A DNA stretch of 63,459 nucleotides, the filler included, from an uncultured bacterium (GTDB lineage Bacteria; CAYJOG01): NCBI GenBank assembly GCA_964371695.1. It is 3 parts of 3 records of this genome, joined end to end, with 100 filler letters (N's around TTAATTAATTAA, not from the genome) between each part and the next. Parts side by side here need not be neighbours in the genome. Positions count along the whole stretch, not along the records: positions 1 to 21,940 come from CAYJOG010000003.1; 2 more parts are not named here. The stretch is one strand, 5' to 3'. A model generated the notes under the pieces. That model ran no database searches and was not told the origin of the DNA. It worked only from the letters and a program-made list of their open reading frames with translations. Every line of letters begins with the position of its first letter. The stretch's first letter is position 1. The translations under genes and the position numbers were made by a program. Below, piece by piece: positions 7,596-16,714 of the stretch.

Positions 7596-9700
7596 TTGCA
7601 GCGGTTGCGGCGGCCTTGTGCCTGCTCGTGGGGGGGTTTTGGATGGTGCGGGGCCGATTGTCACGGCCACTGCTCTTCACCGGCGCGCTCGCGAACCCCG
7701 GCGGCGGCTGGACAGGCTCCGCCACACAGCGGGCGTGGCTCAAAAAAGTGCAGATGGCGGGGGAAATGCGCCGGGGCTTGGGTTTTGACCTGTCACCTGT
7801 GCCCCAGACGGCGCTGTTCGCCACGCTGCACGCGCACCTGGGTGGGGACTGCGCCACGCCCGCGCCCACAGGAGATGCGCTGAGCGCACTCAGGGCCATG
7901 CGTTGCCGCCACGGCGGCAAAAATCCACCCCCTGTGGCGGCGGGCGGGTCGCTGGACGCATCCGCGCAAAAGGAACTGGAGATTTATTTTGCCGCCCGGC
8001 TGGCCATGGCGGGTTGTGAACCAGCCCGGTGTTTTGTGGGTGTGGTGTCGGCGCTGGAAAAACTCGGCAGTGGTTACACCAAAGAAGACTTGGTGGCCCG
8101 CTGGCTGGCCCGTTATCCCGCCACGCCGCCAGAGCAGTTCGGCCCGGTGCTGGGGGCCATGTTGTCGGGCCGCACGCCCGACCGCCCGCGCCCCGAAATC
8201 GCCCGGCGCATTGAGGCCCTCACGGCGCTGCCGCCCATGCCCCCCATGTCGGCGCTGGGTCTGCTGCGATACGCCGAAAAACAGTTGAGCGCCGAGGTAG
8301 GTGTGTCGGCGGCCCGGCTCGCGTCGCGCCTGAATGTTCTTGCCCTGGCAGATGAAGGCCGCAGTTTTTTTGTGGTGTACGCGCCGGGTGACAGCGAAAC
8401 GGAACTGGCCCTGCGAGCGCTGGCTCAGGGCGGCGCGGTGTCGCGCAAGTGGTTCAGCAAGGCGCTTTATCGCCGGTGCCGGGGCATGATTTACGCCAAG
8501 CGGTTTGAAGACGCCATCGCCTGTTTCAAGGTGGTGGAGGCCCAGAACGAGCCGGACGAGCGCGATCTGTCCATCTGGTTTCAGGGCAAGTCGGCGTTTC
8601 TCATGGGACAGCCCGAACTGGCCCGCAAGTTGTGGACGCCCCTGTGGCAAACAGGCAAGGACGACACCGGCGCAGAGGCCGCGATGTGGATGGGACGATT
8701 TGACATCAACAAAGGCGCGCCCGAAAAAGCCCTGGCTCTGGCCAAGGTGGCAGAGGCGCGGTTTTCTTATGCTCCCCACACCGGCGATTTGCTGGCGATG
8801 CTGGCGCGCAAACCCCAGGGGGCGCGGCGGCTGCAAAATCTGTGGCGGCGTCATCCCCACAGCCTGGGCGTGGCGGGGCTGCTGGAGCGCGAAGGTGTGA
8901 CCGGCCCCAAACCGCTGGACCAGTTGCCGCCCCTTGAGCCGCAATCCGGCGCGGCGCGGGCGGCCCATCTGCTGCTGCTGGCGGGCGAGCCGGCGGCGGC
9001 GGCGGCGCTGCTGCAACTGGCCGAGGGTCAGGACAAAACCCCACTTTGGCGCGACGAACACCGACTGCTGCTGGCGTGGTGTCAGGCGGAGTGGAAGGAC
9101 TATCTGGCCTCGGTGAAAACCCTGGAACTGTTGTGGTGGCAAAAGGGATATTCGCCGCTGGCAGAGACGGTGTTGTTCCAGTCGTTGTTGTATCCGCTTT
9201 ATTTTCTGCCCCAGGCGCGGCAGGCCGCCGCTGACACGGGCATTCCCCCGGCGTTTCTTTATGGCATCGTGCGGCAGGAGAGCCGTTTCATGCATCGCAT
9301 CCGCAGCCGCAGCGGGGCCATTGGTCTGAGCCAGATCATGCCCTCCACGGGTCAGCAGATTGCCGGATGGTTGAACGAAGCGGCGGACTACACACCCGAA
9401 TCACTGGATGACCCCGGCAAGAACCTGCGTTATGGCGGGCGTTATCTGGCCTATCTGAAAGAAAAATTCGGCCCTGATAACCGGCTGATGAGCGCGGGTT
9501 ATAACGGTGGGCCGGGCAACGTGAGCCGGTGGCTGAACGCCAACGGTTATGAGAATCCCTGGAACTGGGTAGAGCAGGTTCCCCTGGAAGAAACACGGGA
9601 CTACGCCAAAAAAGTGGTGCACAACGCCTGGATGTACAACCGGCTTTATCCCCAACTGGGTTGTGGCGACGGGGTGCTGTGCCGCGTGAACTGGCGGTGA
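7583..9700 (+). CDS. Soluble lytic transglycosylase (Slt-like; TPR-like helical region plus GH23 domain)
   Basis: IVRQESRF, GAIGLSQIMP, AGYNGGPG and ETRDYAKKV motifs; N-terminal membrane anchor. Confidence 0.88.
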   Translation: MRRLIAAVAAALCLLVGGFWMVRGRLSRPLLFTGALANPGGGWTGSATQRAWLKKVQMAGEMRRGLGFDLSPVPQTALFATLHAHLGGDCATPAPTGDALSALRAMRCRHGGKNPPPVAAGGSLDASAQKELEIYFAARLAMAGCEPARCFVGVVSALEKLGSGYTKEDLVARWLARYPATPPEQFGPVLGAMLSGRTPDRPRPEIARRIEALTALPPMPPMSALGLLRYAEKQLSAEVGVSAARLASRLNVLALADEGRSFFVVYAPGDSETELALRALAQGGAVSRKWFSKALYRRCRGMIYAKRFEDAIACFKVVEAQNEPDERDLSIWFQGKSAFLMGQPELARKLWTPLWQTGKDDTGAEAAMWMGRFDINKGAPEKALALAKVAEARFSYAPHTGDLLAMLARKPQGARRLQNLWRRHPHSLGVAGLLEREGVTGPKPLDQLPPLEPQSGAARAAHLLLLAGEPAAAAALLQLAEGQDKTPLWRDEHRLLLAWCQAEWKDYLASVKTLELLWWQKGYSPLAETVLFQSLLYPLYFLPQARQAAADTGIPPAFLYGIVRQESRFMHRIRSRSGAIGLSQIMPSTGQQIAGWLNEAADYTPESLDDPGKNLRYGGRYLAYLKEKFGPDNRLMSAGYNGGPGNVSRWLNANGYENPWNWVEQVPLEETRDYAKKVVHNAWMYNRLYPQLGCGDGVLCRVNWR

Positions 9701-9704
9701 GGAT

Positions 9705-10424
9705 TTATTTCTCACCCGTGTGCAGCGCCACGATGCCCAGTGTCATGGGCAGGGCGCTCACCTGCTGAAAACCCGCTGTCTGAATCTGCTGGCTGATGAC
9801 GCCACGGGGCGGGAAATCGCCCACCGTTTTAGCGAGATACCCATAGGCCCCCAGGCCGCTTTTGCTCAGCAGGTTGCCCGCCAGAGGCAGGAGTCTGGAC
9901 AGATAAAGCCGGTAAAAAGGTCCGAACAAAACCCCCTCCGGCTGGCTGAACTCCAATATCCACAGCCGCCCGCCGGGCCTGAGCACGCGGCGGCATTCCG
10001 CCAACCCCGCCGCCCGGTCGGCAAAATTGCGAAAACCAAAACCAATGGTGAGGGCGTCGAACTGGTTGTCTGCAAAGGGCAGATGCAGGGCGTCGGCAGT
10101 GGCAAAAGACGCGCCTGTTTTTCCGTTGAACTTGGCCGGGGCCAGTTGCAGCATGGCGTGGGTGAAATCGCACAGCAACACGTGGGCGCCGGGTGATGCC
10201 TGTTTCACTGCCAGGGCCAGGTCGCCGGTGCCCGCGGCCAGGTCCAGCACCCGCTGGGGCGCGTGCGCGGCCACCCGCGCCGCCGTCTGCCGCCGCCAGG
10301 ATTTGTCCTGGTTGAAGCTGAGCAGGTGGTTGAGCAGGTCATATCGCCGGGCGATGCCGGTGAACATGGCCTGCACGCTTTCGGGGCGTGTGGGGTCGGG
10401 CGTGGAAACAGGGGCGCGGGACAT
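9705..10424 (-). CDS. menG: UbiE/MenG demethylmenaquinone methyltransferase
   Basis: VQAMFTGIARRYDLLNHLLS, VLDLAAGTGD, GFGFRN and RVLRPGG motifs. Confidence 0.9.
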   Translation of the reverse strand: MSRAPVSTPDPTRPESVQAMFTGIARRYDLLNHLLSFNQDKSWRRQTAARVAAHAPQRVLDLAAGTGDLALAVKQASPGAHVLLCDFTHAMLQLAPAKFNGKTGASFATADALHLPFADNQFDALTIGFGFRNFADRAAGLAECRRVLRPGGRLWILEFSQPEGVLFGPFYRLYLSRLLPLAGNLLSKSGLGAYGYLAKTVGDFPPRGVISQQIQTAGFQQVSALPMTLGIVALHTGEK

Positions 10425-10431
10425 GGGTTTT

Positions 10432-11070
10432 TCAAATTGCCGAAGGGCAGTGGGTTTTGACGGGGCATTCGCCGCAGCGGGGTTTGCGGGCGTCGCACAG
10501 GTCACGGCCGTGATGAATCAGGATATGGGCCAGATCGCCCCATTCCTTGCGCGGAAAAAGCGCGCACAGGTCCTGCTCCACCTTCACCGGGTCCTGCTGG
10601 GTGGTCCAGCCCAGCCGCCGGGCGATGCGCCCCACGTGGGTGTCCACCACCACGCCTTCCACAATGCCAAAGCCCGTCTCCAGCACCACATTGGCGGTTT
10701 TTCGGGCCACGCCCGGCAGGCTCAGCAGGTCCTGCATGGTGTTGGGGATTTCGCCGCCGTAGACCTCCGTCACTCGCCGGGCCAGCCCCAACAGGTTTTT
10801 GGCCTTGTTGCGGAAAAAGCCAGTGGAATGAATGAGTTTTTCGATTTCTTCCTGCCGGGCGCTGGCCATGGACTGGGGCGTCGGGAAACGCCGGAACAAT
10901 GCGGGCGTGACCTTGTTCACGCGTTCGTCGGTGCATTGGGCGCTCAGCACGGTGGCGGTCACCAGTTCGTAAGGGTTTTTATGCACCAGGGCGCAGCGCA
11001 CGTCGGGGTAACGTTTTTTGAGCACGCGCAGGACCAGCAGCGCTTTTTTTCGGTCTGCGGGTTGGGGCAT
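10432..11070 (-). CDS. nth: Endonuclease III
   Basis: LSAQCTDERVN, LPGVARKTANVV, VDTHV and the C-X6-C-X2-C-X5-C Fe-S motif. Confidence 0.96.
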   Translation of the reverse strand: MPQPADRKKALLVLRVLKKRYPDVRCALVHKNPYELVTATVLSAQCTDERVNKVTPALFRRFPTPQSMASARQEEIEKLIHSTGFFRNKAKNLLGLARRVTEVYGGEIPNTMQDLLSLPGVARKTANVVLETGFGIVEGVVVDTHVGRIARRLGWTTQQDPVKVEQDLCALFPRKEWGDLAHILIHHGRDLCDARKPRCGECPVKTHCPSAI

Positions 11071-11858
11071 TAAAAATTGTCCTTCAGGGCGCGCAGGGCG
11101 GCGAACACGTCCACCTCGTTTGCACAGTCCTTTTTTGATTTGGCCGCCACGGCCTGGGCCACGGCGGTTTCGTGACAGCGCAAAAACGGATTGTGCCGCC
11201 GTTCAAAATCCAGCGTGGTGGGCACCGTGGGTTCGCCCCGGTTGCGCTGGGCCTTCAGTCCTTCGCCCGCCTTGGCCAGAGTGCCGTCGGCGGGCAAAAG
11301 ATCCGTGGCAAAGACCAGGTTGGAGAGGGTGTATTCGTGGGCACAGTAGACCAGCATGCCGCCAGGCAAATCCCCCAGCACAGTGTTCAGGCTGTGGTGC
11401 ATCTGCTGGGGAGTGCCTTCAAAAAGCCTGCCGCAGCCCAGCGCAAAAAGGGTGTCGCCCACAAAAGCTGCGTCGTGTCCTACCCATGCCATGTGGCCCA
11501 ATGTGTGGCCCGGCACGGCGCGGACCTCAAACTGTAACTGGCCGAGGGCCAGCGTGTCCCCGGTCTTGACGGCGTGGTTGAAGCCCGGCACCCGTTTGCC
11601 ATCGGTGGCGCTGGCGGCCACCTCCAGATCAGGAAAATGTTTCAGGAGTTCCTTGTTGGCCCCCACGTGATCAAAGTGATGATGGGTGTTCCAGATGGCC
11701 TTTAGGGTGAGGCCGTTCTGTTTCAGTGTGTCCAGCACCGGCCCGGCTTCGGGGGCGTCCACCAGGGCCGCGAGGCCGCTGGATTTTTCTACGATCAGGT
11801 AGGCGTAATTGTCCTTCCACATGGGCAACTGAATGACATCCATGGCCGGGGTGTTCAT
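11070..11858 (-). CDS. gloB: Hydroxyacylglutathione hydrolase (glyoxalase II)
   Basis: DNYAY, THHHFDHVG, PGHTLGH, GDTLF..GCGRLFEG, CAHEYT and NPFLR motifs. Confidence 0.94.
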   Translation of the reverse strand: MNTPAMDVIQLPMWKDNYAYLIVEKSSGLAALVDAPEAGPVLDTLKQNGLTLKAIWNTHHHFDHVGANKELLKHFPDLEVAASATDGKRVPGFNHAVKTGDTLALGQLQFEVRAVPGHTLGHMAWVGHDAAFVGDTLFALGCGRLFEGTPQQMHHSLNTVLGDLPGGMLVYCAHEYTLSNLVFATDLLPADGTLAKAGEGLKAQRNRGEPTVPTTLDFERRHNPFLRCHETAVAQAVAAKSKKDCANEVDVFAALRALKDNF

Positions 11859-11895
11859 GGTCTCACGCTACCGGGCCGGGTTTGAAAATGCAAAA

Positions 11896-13299
11896 TCATT
11901 TTGGGAGCCAGACCAGAATCTGACTCCCCGTGGGTTGGGGAATGGGTGTGTAATGACGCCTCAGCACTTTCAGCAAAGGCTGAAATCCCCCCTGGCCATA
12001 GTTTTTGCTGAGCACCACCGCTGCGGGGGGGTCTTCCGTGAGTAGCGTGAGGAGTGTTTCAAAAGATCGGACGGATTGAAAAATCATCAGGTTGGTGTCG
12101 GTGAAGCCATACCACGGTTTGGTTTGGGTACACTGATAAATGGGCCAGCCGATCATGGATTCGGCAAAGACGCTTGAGCCGGGGGCGACGCGGGCTGCGA
12201 TCATTTTGCAGGCGGCCCGGATGCCCGGGGCGTTGCCCTCTGGCGGATAGGGCCTGAGCGCCGTGAGCACCGGATAGGCGCTCACAACAAGAATGGGCGC
12301 AAAACCAAGCCAGAAGCGGCTGCCGCGTGTGGGCTGAATGGTAAAAACCAACAGTACCCAGCAGCCCCACAGGGCAGGAATGAGGTAGTACATGGTGAAA
12401 ACTTTTTGTGTGAACGCCGCGCCCAGGCCCAGAAACACTGCGGCCCAGCCACAAATCAGCATGGGGTTTTTGAAATCTATTTTTTGTGGACCGCGCAGCC
12501 AATATACCCCCCACAAGGCAGGCAGCAGCAAAACGCCGTTGCGCAGATAACTGCTGTAACGGTCGGTAAAAATCACTTCTTTGCGGGCGTGATAAATCAG
12601 CGTCTGGAGCCACCAATACTGAAAACCTCCCAGCGCCCAGGTCCAGCCCACCAGCACCAGCCATGTTCCCATCATGCTCAACACAGTCAACACAAACGTT
12701 CTTCGGTGGATCAGAAAAAGAGTCAGCAACATGGCCGCCACAGGGGGTGCCGCCAGCAGGCGGCAGGCCATGGCCAACCCCAGGCCAAAACCCGCCAGCC
12801 ATGGGTTGGGTTTTTCTTTTCCCATCACGGCCCAGGCGGCCACCATCAGGCCAAACAGCATTTCGCTGGCGCCGATAAAGTTCCACGATTCCCACACGGC
12901 TACCGGAGAAAGAAACAACGCCGCCACGATCAAGGTTCTGGCCAGGGATTGCCTGATCACTCTTGCGGTGATGCCCAGGGCAAGGGCCATGGCGCCGACA
13001 TAAGCCACACAGGCCGACAGCCGAAACACCCAGGCGGTGTCGCCCAGCAGCTTTTGCCACACCGCACCCCACAGCAAAAAAGCCGGGCCCTGGGAGTGCA
13101 GGAAATCCACATAGGGCCGGTAACCCTGGCTCAGCATCCAGGCGGCGGCTTCATAACCGTTGCTGTCGGACCGAAATGGAATGAACACGCCCCGCCGGGC
13201 CATGAGGGCAAACAGAAAAACCAGCAGCAGCCATTCCAGAAAAAGAGCGCGGCGAGAGGCAGGGGTTGGGGTTGATTTTTCTTCCACCGGGCAGTGCAT
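11896..13299 (-). CDS. GT-C (ArnT/PMT-like) multi-pass membrane glycosyltransferase
   Basis: DSNGYEAAAW...GYRPYVDFLHSQGP loop followed by many TM helices and a soluble C-terminal domain; start uncertain. Confidence 0.7.
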   Translation of the reverse strand: MHCPVEEKSTPTPASRRALFLEWLLLVFLFALMARRGVFIPFRSDSNGYEAAAWMLSQGYRPYVDFLHSQGPAFLLWGAVWQKLLGDTAWVFRLSACVAYVGAMALALGITARVIRQSLARTLIVAALFLSPVAVWESWNFIGASEMLFGLMVAAWAVMGKEKPNPWLAGFGLGLAMACRLLAAPPVAAMLLTLFLIHRRTFVLTVLSMMGTWLVLVGWTWALGGFQYWWLQTLIYHARKEVIFTDRYSSYLRNGVLLLPALWGVYWLRGPQKIDFKNPMLICGWAAVFLGLGAAFTQKVFTMYYLIPALWGCWVLLVFTIQPTRGSRFWLGFAPILVVSAYPVLTALRPYPPEGNAPGIRAACKMIAARVAPGSSVFAESMIGWPIYQCTQTKPWYGFTDTNLMIFQSVRSFETLLTLLTEDPPAAVVLSKNYGQGGFQPLLKVLRRHYTPIPQPTGSQILVWLPK

Positions 13300-13354
13300 T
13301 GTATGAGCAGTTGAACGGTTGCCATTTTCAATTCCGTCCTTAGTCTTAGCGCCC

Positions 13355-14545
13355 ATGGTCAGCCGCTTTCCGCAACCCGCGATGTTTGTTGTGTCCACCA
13401 CCGTTTTTCAGGGGCTGGGCGCACTGTCGCAGGTGGCGGTGGAACTGGACCGGCGGGGCCTGAGGCGTGCTCTGGTGGTGAGCGACAAAACCCTGCTGGC
13501 TCTGGGGCACGTGGCGCGACTGGAAGAAGTGCTGGGGCCGCGCTGCGCCGGTGTTTGTGTGGACGTGGTGAGTGATTCCAGCCCCCACAGCGTAGAGGGC
13601 GCGGTGGTGGTGGGTGAGGCTTATGATGCCGATGTGGTGGTGGCCCTGGGGGGCGGCAGTGTGCTGGACACCGCCAAGCTGGCGGCGGCGGTGCTGGGCA
13701 GTGAGGCCCCCTTTGGTGCGCACCTGGGTCTGGACAATGTGCAGGGTCAGCCCTTGCCGCTTTTGGCCATTCCCACCACCACGGGCACCGGCAGCGAAGT
13801 GGCCATCACCGCCATGATCAAAGACGCCGACATGGGCAAGAAACATGTCTTCCGCGACGCCAAACTGGCCCCCGTGGCGGCTTTTCTGGACCCGGCCCTG
13901 GCCATGACACAACCCCCGGACCTGCTGGCCGCCACCGCGATGGACACGCTCTCTCACGCCATGGAGGCCCTTTTCAGCACCTGGGCCAGCCCTGCCAGCG
14001 ACGCTTTGGCGCTGGAGTCTGCCCGCCTTGTGCTGGCCCACCTGCCGGGGGCCTTGGCGGCGGATGAAAAGGAAACGCACGTGACGGCGCTGCAATGGGC
14101 GGCGTCTCTGGCGGGCATGGCTTTCAGCAATGCGGCGGTGGGGCTGGTGCATGCCTTGAGTCACACCATCGGCGCACGCCACAACATTCACCACGGCAAA
14201 ATCAACACCGTGCTGCTTGCGCCGGTGCTGCGGTTCAATCAACCCGCCATCACACCCAAGGCCGCCGCTGTGGCCCGCCGTCTGGGGCTGGCGGCCCACG
14301 CCAAAACAGAAGAAGACGCGGCGGCAAAGTTGATCACCAACATCGAAAAACTGGCCGCCTCGCTGCCATTGCCCCGTTCACTCAAGTTGCTGGGTGTGGA
14401 CCAGAAGGCGGTGCCCAACATGGCGGTGGAAACCCTGAAGGAGCCGTGCCTGTTCACCAATCCCCGCGAAGTGTATGACACCAAGGTGATTGAAGATTTG
14501 CTCCATGGCCTGTTTGACACCAATTCTGAACCGGGAATGCCGTAA
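13355..14545 (+). CDS. Iron-containing alcohol dehydrogenase
   Basis: GGGSVLDTAK, IPTTTGTGSE, DTLSHAME and GLVHALSH...HNIHHG motifs. Confidence 0.93.
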   Translation: MVSRFPQPAMFVVSTTVFQGLGALSQVAVELDRRGLRRALVVSDKTLLALGHVARLEEVLGPRCAGVCVDVVSDSSPHSVEGAVVVGEAYDADVVVALGGGSVLDTAKLAAAVLGSEAPFGAHLGLDNVQGQPLPLLAIPTTTGTGSEVAITAMIKDADMGKKHVFRDAKLAPVAAFLDPALAMTQPPDLLAATAMDTLSHAMEALFSTWASPASDALALESARLVLAHLPGALAADEKETHVTALQWAASLAGMAFSNAAVGLVHALSHTIGARHNIHHGKINTVLLAPVLRFNQPAITPKAAAVARRLGLAAHAKTEEDAAAKLITNIEKLAASLPLPRSLKLLGVDQKAVPNMAVETLKEPCLFTNPREVYDTKVIEDLLHGLFDTNSEPGMP

Positions 14546-14778
14546 GTCACAGGAAGGGATAATGGCCAAGGAACGATGACTGAACCAGTAACGGGCGAGA
14601 AGAATTGGTATGAATTCATGGATGAATTCAGTTCGAATGCCGAGGCGCAATCAGCGCCGAAGGTGTTCGCGGCAGGGAGCTGGCTTTGCCTGCGCCCTGC
14701 CGGGCCGAAGCCATTCAGGACGAATGGCAAGGCCAAGAAAAAGATTCCAATTCATGCTTTTTTGAATTGGAATCGGTA
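14518..14778 (+). mobile_element. Composite MITE-like structured element R6 (candidate CsrB/Rsm-like RNA)
   Basis: TGA-(C)ACCAATTC ... GAATTGGTA-TGA (93-bp module) ... GAATCGGTA-TGA. Homologous to R7 at 60759-61111. Several hairpins have AGGA/ATGGAT loops. Confidence 0.7.
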
Positions 14779-14795
14779 TGAGAGCGTGGCGGAAA

Positions 14796-16163
14796 ATGTC
14801 TGAGCAACCTTTTGTCGTGCCTCCTCTGAATGTCACGGCCCTGTTGCCTGGGGCCGGGCTGGGCGAAAAACTGCGCATTCCGCCAGACAAATCCCTGAGC
14901 CACCGTGCCCTGATGTTTGCAGCACTGGTGAAAAACGGTGGCGAGGTTTTCAATTGCCTGCGCAGCGAAGATTGCCTCAGCACACTGGGCATTTTGCGCG
15001 CGCTGGGAACGGCGGCGGAAGAAATGCCCCTCCTGTCTGGCCAGAGCAGCAGCGCCATGAACCTGCACCTGCGCGGGCCGGGGCTGGCGGCCTGGCCCAG
15101 GTCCGTGGCCGCGCCGCTGGACGCGGGCAACAGCGGCACCACGGCGCGTTTGATGACGGGTCTTTTGGCGGGCGCGGGCATCTGCGCCACCCTCACCGGA
15201 GACGAAAGCCTCAGCCGCCGCCCCATGGAGCGGGTGTGTGACCCACTGCGTGAAATGGGCGCGGTCATCAGCACCACACAGGGTTGCCTGCCCCTGCGCA
15301 TTGAACAGGGCGTGAGCGGGCCTCTCAAAAACTTCACCCTGCCCGTGGCCAGCGCCCAGGTCAAAAGCGCACTGTTGCTGGCGGGGCTGGCGTCTGCTCA
15401 GGCGGTGGAAATCCACGAGCCGGAACTCAGCCGCGACCACACCGAGCGGTGGCTGTCGCGCCTTGTGCCGGGCCACTTCAGCATCTCCCACGACGGCACG
15501 CCCCGGCGCACGCTGCACCTTGGGGCCGGGGCGGTGCTGCCGCTGTCGCTGCCACCCTTCACGGTGCCTGCGGACCCCAGCAGCGCGGCGTTCTGGTGTG
15601 TGCTGGCGGCGCTGGCGCCCGGCGCGGAACTGGTGATCCAAAACGTGTGCCTCAACCCCACCCGCACGGGGTTTCTGAATGTGCTGAAGCGGGCGGGTGT
15701 GGGGGTTGAAGTTCGACTGTCTGATGATGTTGCTGCGCCGGAGCCGGTGGGGGACATCACGGTGCGACATGCCGAAAATCTCAGGCCATTTGTCATTGAA
15801 CCCCACGAAGCGCCGTCACTGATTGATGAAGCGCCCATCCTGATGTCGCTGGCGGCCACGCTGCCGGGCACCAGCACCATGCGCGGCGCGGCGGAATTGC
15901 GGAAAAAAGAAAGCGACCGGATTGCTTGCGTGGTGCAAAACCTGCGCCGGTTGGGGGCCGCCGTGGAGGAATACGAAGACGGCATGGCCGTGACGGGCGC
16001 GCCGGTACTCAAGGCCACCGGTGTGCTCACCACCCACCACGATCACCGCCTGGCCATGTCCTGGTTGGTGCTGGCGGCCACGCGGGGCCCCGGCGCGGAA
16101 ATTGACAACGTGGCCTGCGCGGCGGTGAGTTATCCCACGTTTCTGGAGGAGTTGCCGTTCTGA
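14796..16163 (+). CDS. aroA: 3-phosphoshikimate 1-carboxyvinyltransferase (class II EPSP synthase)
   Basis: DKSLSHRA, LDAGNSGTTARL, GDESLSRRPM, SAQVKSA, RDHTER, KESDRI and DHRLAM motifs. Confidence 0.96.
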   Translation: MSEQPFVVPPLNVTALLPGAGLGEKLRIPPDKSLSHRALMFAALVKNGGEVFNCLRSEDCLSTLGILRALGTAAEEMPLLSGQSSSAMNLHLRGPGLAAWPRSVAAPLDAGNSGTTARLMTGLLAGAGICATLTGDESLSRRPMERVCDPLREMGAVISTTQGCLPLRIEQGVSGPLKNFTLPVASAQVKSALLLAGLASAQAVEIHEPELSRDHTERWLSRLVPGHFSISHDGTPRRTLHLGAGAVLPLSLPPFTVPADPSSAAFWCVLAALAPGAELVIQNVCLNPTRTGFLNVLKRAGVGVEVRLSDDVAAPEPVGDITVRHAENLRPFVIEPHEAPSLIDEAPILMSLAATLPGTSTMRGAAELRKKESDRIACVVQNLRRLGAAVEEYEDGMAVTGAPVLKATGVLTTHHDHRLAMSWLVLAATRGPGAEIDNVACAAVSYPTFLEELPF

Positions 16164-16171
16164 ATACGGGC

Positions 16172-16450
16172 TTAGGCCAGAACGGATTGAGGTGCTTTCA
16201 GGATTTTGACACCGTTCCGTTTGATGGCGTCGTACATGGCGTCGGGGGCGAGATCCAGTTCGCCCGGCCATGTGACAAACCCGTCCTGGCAATGCACGCG
16301 GTTGAAAAATGATTCATCCTTCAAGGGTTCAAAAAGCCCAAAAAGATAAGAAGGGTCAATCAGGACATCCCCTTCCAGTCCGTCCGCAAAAATCACGTGC
16401 AGCTTCAGGTGAGACAGCGGAAGAACCTGTTTGACGTGATAAAAAACCAT
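16172..16450 (-). CDS. DUF2442 domain protein (putative antitoxin)
   Basis: V..L....LHVIFADG, LFEPLKDESFFNRV and VTWPGELDLAPDAMY pattern. Confidence 0.8.
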   Translation of the reverse strand: MVFYHVKQVLPLSHLKLHVIFADGLEGDVLIDPSYLFGLFEPLKDESFFNRVHCQDGFVTWPGELDLAPDAMYDAIKRNGVKILKAPQSVLA

Positions 16451-16464
16451 TTTTCTGAAAAGAA

Positions 16465-16707
16465 TTATACACCACCCGGGCGGCAAAGAGTCCATTTCGC
16501 TAACAGTTCTTCCTTGTTTTCAAAAATCCAGGTTTTCAGAAGGGAGAGTTTTCTGGAAGGGAAATTGTTTATGTTCCGCATGATTTCCCCGCTTTCGATA
16601 CCCAGCACCACCTCGCACTCTCCATAAATGGCGTGAACATGGGCGGGTGGGTGATCGTCGTAATAGACATAGACAACCACCCCGTCAAATGCGCCCACTC
16701 TCGGCAC
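16465..16707 (-). CDS. DUF4160 domain protein (putative toxin)
   Basis: PRVGAFDGVVVYVYYDDHPPAHVHAIYGE...WIFENKEELLAKW signature; start GTG 16707. Confidence 0.82.
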   Translation of the reverse strand: MPRVGAFDGVVVYVYYDDHPPAHVHAIYGECEVVLGIESGEIMRNINNFPSRKLSLLKTWIFENKEELLAKWTLCRPGGV

Positions 16708-16714
16708 AGGCTTT

